Shown here piece by piece: positions 1 through 11,972 of a DNA stretch of 56,111 nt; the first letter of the stretch is position 1; the number at the start of each line of letters is the position of its first letter. Source of the stretch: Azolla caroliniana (Eukaryota; Plantae; Polypodiophyta); assembly GCA_043228905.1 (NCBI GenBank), contig JBHGNT010000192.1, positions 1-56,111 on the forward strand. Reading direction: 5' to 3'. The position numbers and the translations under genes were made by a program. The notes below the pieces were generated by a model. It saw only the letters and a program-made list of their open reading frames with translations, had not been told where the DNA came from and searched no databases.

Positions 1-364
1 CACAACTACGCTAAAAACGACAACACGATATAGGCCGTGTCGACCATCAATACCACGTCGGTGACAAAGTCCTCGTCTTCTTCCCCATCCGTCGTCGCGG
101 TCTCAGCGAATCGCTCATGCACCGATGGATCGGTCCCTTCGAAGTTCAAAAGCAGATACGTGACACTACATACCTGCTCCGCCGCGCCTCCAACAACCGC
201 TCTACCTTTGCTCACCAGTCTCGCATGAAGCCCTTCCATCAACTACCACCGCCCCTGCCCACACTCATGCCTACGCCCACGCCCGTGTCATCCCCCCGTC
301 TGGAACCGTCGTCCACGCCTCGTCGCGCTTCGACTGCACAGTAACTTTTTTTTACAAGGGGGAA
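1..364 (+). mobile_element. Ty3/gypsy remnant: integrase C-terminal GPF/Y region plus polypurine tract
   Basis: ORF 117-344 reads HRWIGPFEVQKQIRDTTYLL...FAHQSRMKPF (GPY/F module). AAGGGGGAA at 356-364 follows the stop. Confidence 0.7.
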
Positions 365-1227
365 TTGTTTGGGTCGTTTGGTAGCACATCAGCTGAGAAG
401 CTGACGTAATTGATCTCCTCATGCCGGCCACTCTTCTTGTCTGATTTCTGAGACTTGTCGTTCTTGTTCTTGAGTGCGCGGCAGTCGGCTTTGATGTGTC
501 CGGGTTTCTTGCAATAGTTGCAGATTCGATTATCCCGTGACTGGCTCCGTCTTCGCTGATTGTTTGGCTGCCGTGAGGAATCTCTTCCTCGTATGTTCGA
601 TCGTTCTGTCGAACCTTGTACTACATAAGCGTCGTCTGTTGAGTCTTTGGCGAAAGACTTTCTCCGAGCTGCTTCGGTCAGGATTGCGCTCGTGACTTCG
701 GAGTATTTAACAGCCGTGGTTGACGCGTTGCACACGGTTGTGACGAAAGTTTCCCATGATGAGGGAAGGCTGCTCATGAGTATCATTGCTCTGAGTTCAT
801 CCTCGATTGTCGTCCCCTGAGATGAGATTTGGGAGCTTATGCTTTCGTACTCATTGAGATGTGCTTGAATGGAATCTGATTCTTTCATCCGCAAGTTGTA
901 GAGGCGCCGGATCAGAAACATCTTCGTTGCAGCGACCTTCTTTTCGTAGGTGTCCGATAGTGTTTTCCACAGTTCGAATGCTGTCGTACACGATTGCACC
1001 GTAAAGTATACCGATTCCGATAGGTGCATCCGAATCGTGGCGCGGACGATTCTGTCCAGCTTCTGCCACTCAATTGGTTTGTATCCTTCTGGAGGTGCTT
1101 CATTTTCGATGGGATCGATTTGCCCCTTGACTATGAGATAGTCCTGCATTTGCTCCTTCCAGAAGTTGAAGTTCGATCCATCGAACTTTCGTAGACTCAT
1201 TTCTGACGAGCCGGATGTTGATGTCAT
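352..1227 (-). CDS. Copia Gag (UBN2-type capsid, CCHC zinc knuckle), cut before the protease
   Basis: KFDGSNFNFWKEQM and CNYCKKPGHIKADC. Similarity to the full-length copy stops at about 366. Confidence 0.85.
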   Translation of the reverse strand: MTSTSGSSEMSLRKFDGSNFNFWKEQMQDYLIVKGQIDPIENEAPPEGYKPIEWQKLDRIVRATIRMHLSESVYFTVQSCTTAFELWKTLSDTYEKKVAATKMFLIRRLYNLRMKESDSIQAHLNEYESISSQISSQGTTIEDELRAMILMSSLPSSWETFVTTVCNASTTAVKYSEVTSAILTEAARRKSFAKDSTDDAYVVQGSTERSNIRGRDSSRQPNNQRRRSQSRDNRICNYCKKPGHIKADCRALKNKNDKSQKSDKKSGRHEEINYVSFSADVLPNDPNNSPL

Positions 1228-1790
1228 GACTCTGCCCTAAGTCGGCTACGAACTTTGGTGAAGTGCAGCGGTTTGGCCCACTCAGTGTCGTTCTAGCCGA
1301 AGTTGGACACAAGTGATGTTGATTACGGAGAATCGGGGATTTGGTTCGGATTGACTACCGACAACTGTCTTAGTCGTGTTGAACCTAGATTTAACGATCC
1401 GACAGTACTTCAAGCCGATTCGGTTTCGGTTGACTGCAACGGTGAGAGCAATGGAACCGACTGGTCCTTCCGATTATTGTCCAATCGAATGAAACACGAA
1501 CTGGGGTTGTCCTTGAAGTCGTCGTTGTGCAGGAAGCCCACCTCAAGCAGTTACGATCAAGGAAGTAGAGTACAGCCGACTGGCTTACTCCGAGTGATGA
1601 TCTAACGCAGCGAGATTCAAGCTTGTGTTTGCCTACTTTCTTCTCTGTTTCTTCGAATGACGCAAGAAACCGAATGCTTTGCAGACTAGGATGAAGCGAA
1701 AGGCCGAATACTGTGCAGGCTGTGATGAAGCGAAGAACCGAATGTTGTGCAGGCTGAGACGACGGCCGACAGCGGGTTGAGGGACCTCGC

Positions 1791-1802
1791 GCTCTGATAC
1801 CA
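1791..1802 (-). promoter_or_regulatory. Primer binding site (tRNA-iMet)
   Basis: TGGTATCAGAGC on the minus strand, 2 nt inside the LTR. Confidence 0.9.
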
Positions 1803-1804
1803 AA

Positions 1805-2106
1805 TGTTGTAGACAAGGCCGTCAATGCGGAAGATCAAGTAGCATTCGAATGGGGTTGAGTACCTGCGTATGACAGTTTCCAAGATCGTGCACAGAGATA
1901 GAGAGAGAGAGAGAGAGGAGGCACAAAAGACTCTTTCTATTCAATAGAAACAATAATACAACCAACCTTACAAAAAGGTTACTAGGTCACTTTATATAGT
2001 GACAAACTTAGGGCAACTACCATTTATGCTAATTGCACAAATGGCCCAAACTTGAGCTATACAAAGGGATAGTGTGAATACGTCCATTATACACTTGTAT
2101 TCGACA
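1805..2106 (-). repeat. 5' LTR of the truncated copia A
   Basis: Homologous to 48644-48951 and 53656-53953; ends TGTTGT...TCGACA on +. Confidence 0.9.
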
Positions 2107-2949
2107 GCCTTAGCTAAACATTCATCTTCCCGGGTAATCATCCCTAATCGTCCATCCTGTAGAACATCATAACTTAAGAAAGTAGATTTCCCTAAATTTT
2201 GTTAGGTTTGATAGTAGAAAGGGATTCAACTATAACGAATTTATGCGTTTTTGTGAAAATTGAGGAATCCAATGAGTTTATATTCCCTTATAGTCAACAA
2301 TGTCAAAGAAAGAATGCTTTGGCCCATCTATTATTAGGTTTTCATGATATTACCATATGCCAATTTGAACTTATAAAAGGTCATATTGGATACAATCTCT
2401 CTCCAAACAAAAACAAGGTTTTAAGAGTAGCACAAGAGTTTAGGTCCTACATTATGCTCACTTCCAAATATTTTTCTATGAGGCATACATTCATTGCCCA
2501 AGGATCTATGCTAGAAATTCAACCCGAAATTGAGAAAAGTGCTCCAAAGCAAGTCCAAAGCAATATGTAGTCTTGTATTAAGAGAAGATGCATGGAGGCC
2601 CTCCAAAGAACAGAGTGTATGAAGGGTCATTTCATTGGTTGCCAAATGGAGAAATGAGAACTTTGTCCTTTAAGTGGGAGCTTGCAAAATGCAATGGATG
2701 ATAATGCCTCAATTAGTGTAGAGGAAAACTAAACCATGGGGAATGCCCAAGATAGTGGATGGGCTAGTGTTTTGCACGAGAATTTGAAGGACGATCCCAA
2801 AGCTAGGGGATCGAGAAAATTAAAGGAGATATGAGAAGTTCATGCTCAAACTATGAGTAGGAACCCATGATTTGAAAGACCCTACGAATGTTGACGAGAT
2901 AGTCAAATCAGTTGAACATGTTTGTTCCATGCAGGATCATGCGATATTG

Positions 2950-3370
2950 ACATAAGCAAGAGAGCCCTCTCATTACAAAGAGTCCATGAAAGTCAAAGAT
3001 AGAGAAAAATGAAGTTCTTCCATGAAATGTTTGATGTAGTTAATTTCAAAGTCAAACTTAGGATTTTGTTACCTACCCAAATCCAAGTGGGCTTTTCCAT
3101 GAAAATGGCTCCAAAAGTTGAAGTACACCTTGATCACCTAGAATTGAAGCACAAAACTAGTTAGTAGAGAATTCAAGTAACAAAAAGGAATAGATATTTG
3201 ATCAAATATTATCCCCCGTTATAAACATGACAATGTCGTAAATGTGGCTATAATCACAACAAAGGAGGGTATGGATTTGTAGAAGATGGGTGTGAAAATC
3301 ATCTTCCTCTGAGGGAACCACAATGAATTATTTATATGGAGTCATCCACAAGTTTCATTTAAATGAATTA
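2950..3370 (+). pseudogene. Highly degenerate copia reverse transcriptase remnant
   Basis: Broken motifs in the expected order: EPSHYKE, LP..K, KGID, SPVI, M.VK..F, IYME. Confidence 0.6.
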
Positions 3371-5782
3371 TATATATCGTCGTCCTAATCCTTTGATAAG
3401 AAAAGATCCCTTCACTCGAAGTTACTATGATTGGTTTTAGGGTTAGGGTTAATGGTAATGGTAAATTATGGGAATTACCGTACATTTCGTATGGTAACAG
3501 TTACATAGCCATTTTGTCGAGTTCCTTCAACATAGTTTTCTCAAGCGCTTTATATCATACTTGTTTGCCTATGCTAGTTTGGATATGATGGTTTTGTTTC
3601 AATTTGAAATCAGTCCAAATTCCACAAAGTTTTTTTCTTGAGAATTGAAATCTTGAGCAAAGCAAGGATAACCTTGTAGCCTCCTACCCAATCATATAAT
3701 TAATTAGTTTAACAAAACACATAGTTCAATAGTCAAAGCAACTATACATGTTGCCCATTTAGGGTTCTGTAGGTTCATATCTCTATATTATCAAATTCTA
3801 TGCCTCTCCATTTATAGATAATCCATAACGCTTAACTCCTCTTCACTCATGAATAAAGGCCTAATGTCTCCTCATAAGTGTGTAGCACATTCACCAAGAC
3901 AATGAAAGCAAAGTAAAAATTGCAATGTTTTCAAGATGAGAAGCGATATGACATAGAAAGATTTAGAGAGAGACATAGAATGTATTATAGGGTTAGTCTA
4001 TCACTTCACTTCTTGAATTGTATCATTATTTGTTTACTTAGGCAAACATGAGCTATTGCTATTGTCATACTCACACGTTTGTTGTGATTGCACTTTGGGG
4101 TTTTCTACTATATGTGTGTATTATGTTGTGTCAAGCTTGCGCTACCTCTATTATTTGCTAACAAGCTCATGCTTCTAGTATCTTACCTAAGGTGAAGTGG
4201 AATGTGTTGATAGATATCATCATGTACCATTGTCATGTACCATGCGTTGCTTCAAATGTGCATTCATCATGGATAAAAAAACAATGTGAATGATGTCATA
4301 CATATTATCACAAAACGATGGCAATTTATAATGCCTATCCAAAGCCTTGTTAGCAAAGTTTGGGCTACAACATTAAAAGATGATGTTCAAAATTTTGGTT
4401 AGTAAGCATTTTCGCCCAAAGAGATTGATAATGCTTTAAATACATAGGCAAGATGACATGATATATTTGAGTGTGTTGCACTTGTTTGAGAACACATCCC
4501 AACTAATATGTTAAACCATCACACTTTTTTGATAATGCATATAGTAGATGGGGTGTTAAGTGTGAACAAGCACCAAGTTACAACCCAGATGCGTGAAACA
4601 TCAAACTATGAGTACATTTAATATTGCGAATGAGGTAGTTGTTGGGACTAATTACCTATTTTCTAAAGGGCTATCATAGCATACTTTTTAGGGTCAAACT
4701 TCACTTTCACCCATTGAATTGTATCCATATCTTAGCATTTAGGAGCGTAGGAGTTGCAACTTGCTCTATGTATAATCTTTGTTGTGGTTGGTTTCAACGC
4801 TCTATAATAAACATAAGCGTTTTCTCCTTTCTTCATTGTTGATATTGTAAATGTAATGACACTCCATGCATTTCTTTGTTATTTTACAAAAATATTAGCA
4901 TGAATGAACACAAAGTTTGCATGACTTTAATTATTTTACCAAATTATGAAATCATATTGTAGTTTGATTATATCATTTTGTGTTTTATACATTTAATCAA
5001 TTCGTGGGTTAATGTCTTGCTTTGAATAAAATTGACATTTAACATATTCATCCTCATTATTCTCAAATGTTATGGTATTGTGGATGGCATAAAAAAATTG
5101 ATACTACCGGTCATGGTTGATGTTCCTTTGAATGCGAAGTGGTTCGAGGTAACTTGTCAAGTACCCATTGCTATAGTGTGCAAGGATGTTAATGGTTGTT
5201 TGCAATAAACTCCAGTAAACATTGGAGAAGCCCAAAGGACATTTAGTGTTTCCCTTGGAATGTGATGACCTTGCATTTCACTCAAGGTAAGGGGATTCGA
5301 AATGTTCATGAAGAGTTTTTCTCAAAAGAAAGACTTGATTGAAAATGTGATGTATGTGCCTTTGTGAAATTATGAATTAGATCACCTAGATGAGTATGAC
5401 AATAGTAAGTAAGAGTGGGACAAGCTTAATTTTGTTTGAATATATAGAAATGTTATAGTCATCTATTCAAATAAACATATATATAGCTAGAACATCCATA
5501 TTTTTGAATCCTACTCAAGTGGGGGAAAAGTTTGGTATTTTGTGAAATGATGTGGCTATCACATTTCTAGATATTTAAAAATATAATGCCAAGTTCCAAC
5601 AATGTCCCTTACACTCATTGTTTTTGGCAATAAAAGGGCCAATGATAAGGAGGCCTACCTCAACACTTCACTTTTTCCATAAAATTACACATTTCAATTT
5701 GCCCAATTGTCAACTTTAATACGAAATTGTGGGTATAACTAATAAATAAAAGTAAAAACAAACAAACAAATAAATGTAATCT

Positions 5783-6482
5783 GTTTTTTTTCGAAGAAAG
5801 GGTTCTCATCATTAGTTAGGTAAAATGTCTTTACTATTCAATATGTACACCAATAATGTAATCATAGACACTCAGCAGTTCTATCTACCACATTACCCTA
5901 TCTGGAACACTCCCCTCTATTTATCATTGAACTCCTCTAAAACTGATATTGATGACTAACAACAAAAAGATATTGTAATCTTCATTTGTGTTAATCATCT
6001 TGTCACTTGCAAAATTTCAGAAAAATATCATGTACCTTCCTGGTTGGGCTTCCAGGACGGATAAAGCCATTTAGGCGTGGTATAGCACCACTTTAGCATG
6101 CCATTTACATAGTCCTCCAAAGGTGAATTCGACCATGATTGTTGAAAGGAAAGTCTCATAGCTTCCGGTGTGTTTGAAGAGCTTTGCAACTCTTCATATT
6201 CGTTACCAGATCATACCATAGAGCAGTGATTGTCTCCCTTGGTCGACTTTCTGCTCCCAAAATACATTCTTTGCATTTGGATTTTCAAATGTTCAATAAC
6301 ATGATAGAGGCTATGGTGGGCCTAATGTCATACAACCTATTCGAGCACCAAATCTGTTGTTCCCTTGCTAGTTGTACAATGCATTTATTTCTTTGCACAC
6401 AAAACGCCTTGAATCTACCTAGGTCTCCGACTCTCATGATATCCAAACTTTCTCCTCCAATCTCCACCATAATGCAAACCCA
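5783..6482 (-). mobile_element. 5'-truncated L1-type LINE (ORF2 C-terminus, 3' UTR, poly(A))
   Basis: KWCYTTPKWLYP C-terminal motif at about 6060-6095. T-tract at 5784-5791. 11-bp TSD AAATGTAATCT at 5772-5782 and 6483-6493. Confidence 0.8.
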
Positions 6483-7269
6483 AAATGTAATCTTTATCTT
6501 CCTCAACAATTGTACCTAAGGCCAACGTAAAGAATAGACAAACATGTAGAGATAAAGAGATAAGGTCACCATCCCTTGAGAAATTACATATAGTCAATAG
6601 TAGATTGCCAACCAAATGATTATTTATTGCTTACTACAGGGATATTAAGTATTCATGGATTTGGCTGTGATCATTCAAGCAAATTTCTACCAACTAGAGT
6701 AACATCAATCTGTGCAGTTAATTATAATTATTTGTCTATTCCACGTGAAGACATGCGTATTAAATTTATAGCTCTATTCATAAATATTGTTGTCTAACTA
6801 TAGTTAATAGGTAGGAAATGGTCCAAGATACATCAATAACTTAAATGAACTTTCTATAATGTAAGAAAATTGTTTAGTTAATTCCAAGCTTTACCAAGAC
6901 ATTTTTGAGGGATCTTTGCAAAGCTTAGTACCTTAGTGACTTAATTATTCTCCTTATCTCCATGATAATAGAAGTAAAGTTAATAAGAGGTTTAGTTATT
7001 ATCGAAAAGTGGATGATGCTCTATTTCACAATATTGAGTTGATTCATAACTACTTCAATATATGTACCAAGAAAAATGTTATTTTTGAGCAACATGTTCA
7101 ACCCTTATTTCATACATAAATCAATGTGGTAGATTAAAGGATAATCATTTAATTTTCTTGCATATGTTATAATTTAAAAATACTTATTTTTAAAAATCCA
7201 TTATCTACATATATTGTTACAACTCAAGGTTTTAAGTTTAAAATAATACATTTTAAAGATTACATTACA

Positions 7270-10200
7270 TGTAGGAAAGGTGAGCACTGTAGGAAAGGGG
7301 GTGTATGTACATCTATAAGGAAGTCTTCAGATGTCGTTGTGGTGGGACAGGACACCATAGTGGAGGGACGTGCCATCTATGTGACTATTAGATGGTCCCA
7401 ATATATAATTAGCATAATAAATGTGTATGTTCCCAATTTGTCAACGAACCAAGCCCTTTTTTGGAGGCAATTGGCTGATGGTTTGCCGATTGCATATGCA
7501 TGGATCCTTGTTGGGGATTTTAACATGACTTTGTACAAAGAGGACAAGGTGGGGGGGGGGGGGGGGGGGGTATGCCAATGGTGGTGCAGGGGGCTGAACT
7601 AGTTGCATGGGATTTGCTGATGGGTTGAATGGGGGTGAAAGATGCCTGGCATGTAATAAAAAAGCCTCGAAGTTCTCTAAGCTTTTCGAGAGCAAGCTGC
7701 AGTATGCATGGCTTTTGCATGTCTCGCATAGACAAAATATACATCAATTCAGAACTAGAAAATTTTGGAACCAATGTTGAAATCATTGCAGGTTTAGCCT
7801 ACTCCGATCATATGCCAGTTAAGATAACACTAGAAACGTAGAGGAGACCAACAAGGGACTGCAATGTGAGGATCAACAAAAAACTTTTTGAGGATTTGGA
7901 GGTGAGTAGAAACATAAGGCGTATATGGGAAAGCAATTGGACTGGGTGTGGCGCAATTGATAAACTTCAAGGGAAGATTATCGAAACTTCAACTTATCTC
8001 CATAGGGCAACGAAAAGTAGAATTACAAGGTCTAAGGAGGAAGAAATGTGTTTAAGGAGATCAATAGCGGCTGCCCAAAGGCTATTACAAAAAGATCCCT
8101 GATGCCAATGGTCTAGGGCAGGCCTTGAGGTTGAGGTTGCTAGAGAAACATTGCAACTCTTGATTGCATCCAGAAATACGATGCTATTTAGGATTTCGGC
8201 GGCATGGTGGAGCAAAAATGGGGATAAGGTGAATAAACAATTTTTCATGCATAAACAACCTAGAATAAACTGTAGCTACAATTTGAAGTTGGTTAAGGAA
8301 GATGGCTCTATGTCGAAGGATATTTTAGGGATCTTGGAGACGATCACCTCTCACTATCATGAGTTGCTTTCGGATAGTTACAGTATCCTCGAACAACCTA
8401 CTATGATAGAATATGTGCTAGAGGGAATGCAACACAAAATTTCAAATGCAACACAAGCTAATCTGGCGAGGCCTCTCTTGGAGGAGGTGGTTGATGCTTT
8501 GACAGGTATTTGCAGAACGTCCTGTCCAAGCTTTGATGGACTATCAAGAGATCTTTTCGAAAAAATTTGGGACTTGATCAAGCCTGATTTGGTTGATGGG
8601 CTAAAAGAGGCATGGGATGTTGGGTACTTACCTGAGCAATTTCAATAGGGGATGATATTTCTAATTCCTAAGGTATAAGGTGTAACAACTGATGCAAGGC
8701 AATGGAGACCGATCACGCTGCTCAACACAATATATAAGATATTTGCCAATATACTAGCCAAGAGGGTAAAACCCTACCTACAGGAACTAATCCATGTTGG
8801 ACAAATAGGGTTCATGGAAAACAGATGCATAATTGATCATTTGTTGACATTTTGGGAGGCGATTGCCTTGGCAAAGAAAACCAATCAACACATTGTCTGT
8901 CTCATGCTTGACTTTGAGAAGGCATATGATAGAGTTTAGTTGCCTTTTTTAGCTAAAGTCATGGAAAGTTTGGGATTACCTTTAAAATGGAGATTGGCTG
9001 CAATGGCCCTTTACAGGAAGTTCGAGTAGAGTGTTAGTGGCAAGGCATCGTGGCCCATCAATTCCATTACGTAGGTCTGTTAGACAGAGTTGCCCGTTGG
9101 CCCCCTATCTATTTTTATTTATTACAAAGGCATTCTCTTTCTTTTTGAACAGGTCGAATGTAGGAATAAGGGGTTTAGTTATTCCACATGCGACCAAGGA
9201 TTTGTTGGACTCTGAGTATGCAGATGACACTATGTTTTACTTGCAAGGCAATGATGCTAATTTAGAGAAGGTTGAAGGATGGATTGAGTGGTTTTGCAAA
9301 GCATCAGGGGGGAAAATTAACTAGAACAAAAGTAGAGGATTCTGGGTAAGTTCAAACCCGCGGCCGTTATGGTGTCCTAATCTTGATTTTCAATGGGTCC
9401 CCAATGGCATGGTTGTTAAGTATTTGGGCTTTTTGGTGGGAGTTGAGACACCTAAAAATCAGCAACTTGAGTAGGTCAAAGACAAAATTAGAAAAAAGCT
9501 TCGGTTGTGGGCATCAGTAAAGCTCTCCCTTGCTGGTAGGGTTGTGGTGGTGAACCATATTTTTTTGGCCACCATGTGGCATTCAGTGGCATGTTGGATA
9601 TTAGACAAAGCCTGCATAAAAAATATTAAGGCAATGGTGAGAGGCTTCCTGTGGTTGGGTAGAGACAATGAGATGGTGTCAGCTAAAGTGGCGTGGGGTT
9701 GTTTAATTAAGACAAAGAATCAAGGATGACTTGGACTGGTGGATCCATTTCACCAAAGTAAGGCTCTACTTGGTAAGCTTTTGGTGCGAAGTCTGCAACC
9801 CGGACTAGAATTGTGGAAGGTGGTCCTTAGGAATAGAGCTGACCTTCGGTGTCCTAGAAATGGTGGTCCTTGGCAGGCAAATACATGGTGGTTGTTCAGT
9901 CCAACTCTAAAGTTGAAAGAACCGGCTAGCATGGAGGATAGGGTGGTTCGCGCCATAATGAAGGCATGGTCAAGTTATAAGAGAAGGGTTGGTCTTAATG
10001 CAAACGAAAACAGTGGATGAACAGCTATGACAACCGTTGTTTTGGAACCCTAGGATTAGAAGTGAAGATGGTATGATGCTTGGACAACAAAAGTACTTGC
10101 CTTGGGGGAGGATGCTAGGGTAAAAGATTCATTCGGTACACGATTGGGAGGTCTTCAACATGAAGATGTGGGCGGGTCAGGCTGTTAGTTGTAGGATTAC

Positions 10201-11690
10201 TGGAAGACTAGAGAAGGTAACCCAGTTGATACATGGGGTTGTTGTTGGATTAGGTAAGTTGAATGTGGAAGAGGCAGTTTGGTCAAGCTGGTTTGTAGGT
10301 GAGGGTGATGCACAACTTATCCGTGGTAGGTGCTCCACTCGGGAGGATCGTTTGTGGGGTAACTTAAGTTCTTTGACAATTGATGGTAGGTGGTTGGCAG
10401 TGCGGGTGGCAGTGTTGGAGGGTAAGTGTTGGCAATTGAACCCAGACCCTAAGACATTGGATCATGATCGTAAAATATGGCTTTTCGATAACAAGCCCTT
10501 ATATGAGTTGGAGTGGGATCCATTGGAGGTATGGTGGCAGACACCAGGAACAAACATCTTGAAAAAAAAAATTGAGTACAATACCAAGCTAGGAAGACGA
10601 ATCATTGGCTCCAAAACCGTGGGTGTTGTAATGATTCACAATAGTTGGAAGGATAAAGGCATTTCAGACGACGATTTGAAGTCGTTTTGGAGGAGACTAT
10701 GGGCATTGGATATGCCAGAAAAAATTAAGGCTTGGTTGTGGCTTCTTAGCCACAAGGCGGTACCTATAGGCGAGTGGTTGAGCTCCCGTGGTGGTGAGGC
10801 TGGCCGTAAGTTATGTGGACATGCTTTGGAATCAATCTCTCGCTCTTTTTGGAATTGTACAAAGGCGATTACCATTTGGAGTAGAAGCCTTCGAATCGTG
10901 GCAACTTGTGGTGTGAAAGGGAATGTTGTGTGGGGCTCAATACAAGGATTGTCCCTAAAAGGGGACAACTAGGGTGAACGGTTAAACCCACAAGGACATG
11001 GATTTATAGTGCAGGGTGGTAGCGTGTTCCAATGTGATGGGGTGAGACCAGGTACAAATTCTGAATTTTTCGAGGAGATTTGGCTTATGGTGGCATGTTT
11101 AACAGCCTGGCACATCTGGATCAGGCGTTGTAAGTTTGTTTTTCAGCAGCAAAAGCTCTCATGTGGGGAGATGATGTTAAATATTTGGTTTGATCTTGTG
11201 GCTTGGTTGTGCAGTCGGCATGATTCGATTCAAGGGGAATCGGAAGAAGCAACAAGGGCAAGGTCAAAGTTCTTGTTGAAATGGAGCAGCTCTCCCATCC
11301 TAGTCAAATCTTCATCGAGGCCTAAGTGGAATTACCAGGCACCTAGGTGGCCATTTCCACCGATGGCTCCCAATATTGTACATGGGTTGTAATTATGTAT
11401 GTATAGCTGACACAAGCGTGCGTTAGTATAGTCATATTACCCGGATAATGTTGCTAGAAAAGAGTTAGTTGAGAGCTGTGGAGTCGGGGTAAAATAGGGT
11501 TTATTTCAGTTTTGTTTGAGTTAAGGATCGGTTGAGTTTTTTGTTGTTTTTGTTTGATAGTTTTGGAGTTGTTCCTCCAAGTTGTATATGTTGACCCCAT
11601 TGTGGATTTGGGTAAACTCTATTGTATTCTATTTGCTAACTAATGCGAAGTAGTTTTTTTTTGGGAAAAAAATAAAAATAAAAATAAAAC
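7270..11690 (+). mobile_element. L1-type LINE with degenerate ORF2 (APE endonuclease, RT, zf-RVT region), 5'-truncated
   Basis: INVYVP, GDFN, SRIDKIY, SDH (endonuclease); WRPITLLN, LDFEKAYDRV, YADD (RT); KIKAWLWL and WHIWIRRC; A-rich tail. Many stops and frameshifts. Confidence 0.95.
7551..7570 (+). repeat. G20 homopolymer inside the LINE endonuclease region
   Basis: 20 consecutive G. Confidence 0.9.
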
Positions 11691-11972
11691 CTTGAATCCT
11701 ATCATACTAAAATCTTGTAGAATCCATAGCTAATCTACTATATGTATTTATGAATGAATGAATGAATGTGTATGTGTGTATGTAAGAATGAGGATTAATG
11801 TTAGTCTAAAGTCTATTACAAAACCACATAAGGTACACATTACACATATCATTTTGTCACATTAATGATAAGATCAAATGCATGTACTATAATTTCTTCG
11901 TCAATCACTTTGGTTGCTTGAATCTATCTCTTATCAATTCATGAAACAAAGGTCTTTTCTATGCATTAGCAC

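Larger units (their letters stand above)
366..2106 (-). mobile_element. 3'-truncated Ty1/copia, family A (5' LTR, PBS, gag)
   Basis: LTR 1805-2106 (TG...CA) and PBS at 1791-1802. The gag ORF is nearly identical to the gag of the element at 48644-53953. Confidence 0.92.

Noticed and set aside
4200-5500. Possible decayed DNA-transposon coding sequence (also 45600-46930)
   Set aside because: No motif or terminus I can support by eye.
7224-7233. TCAAGGTTTT, an inverted match to AAAACCTTGA after the LINE tail (about 11686-11695)
   Set aside because: Wrong orientation for a TSD and only 10 AT-rich bases; may be chance.
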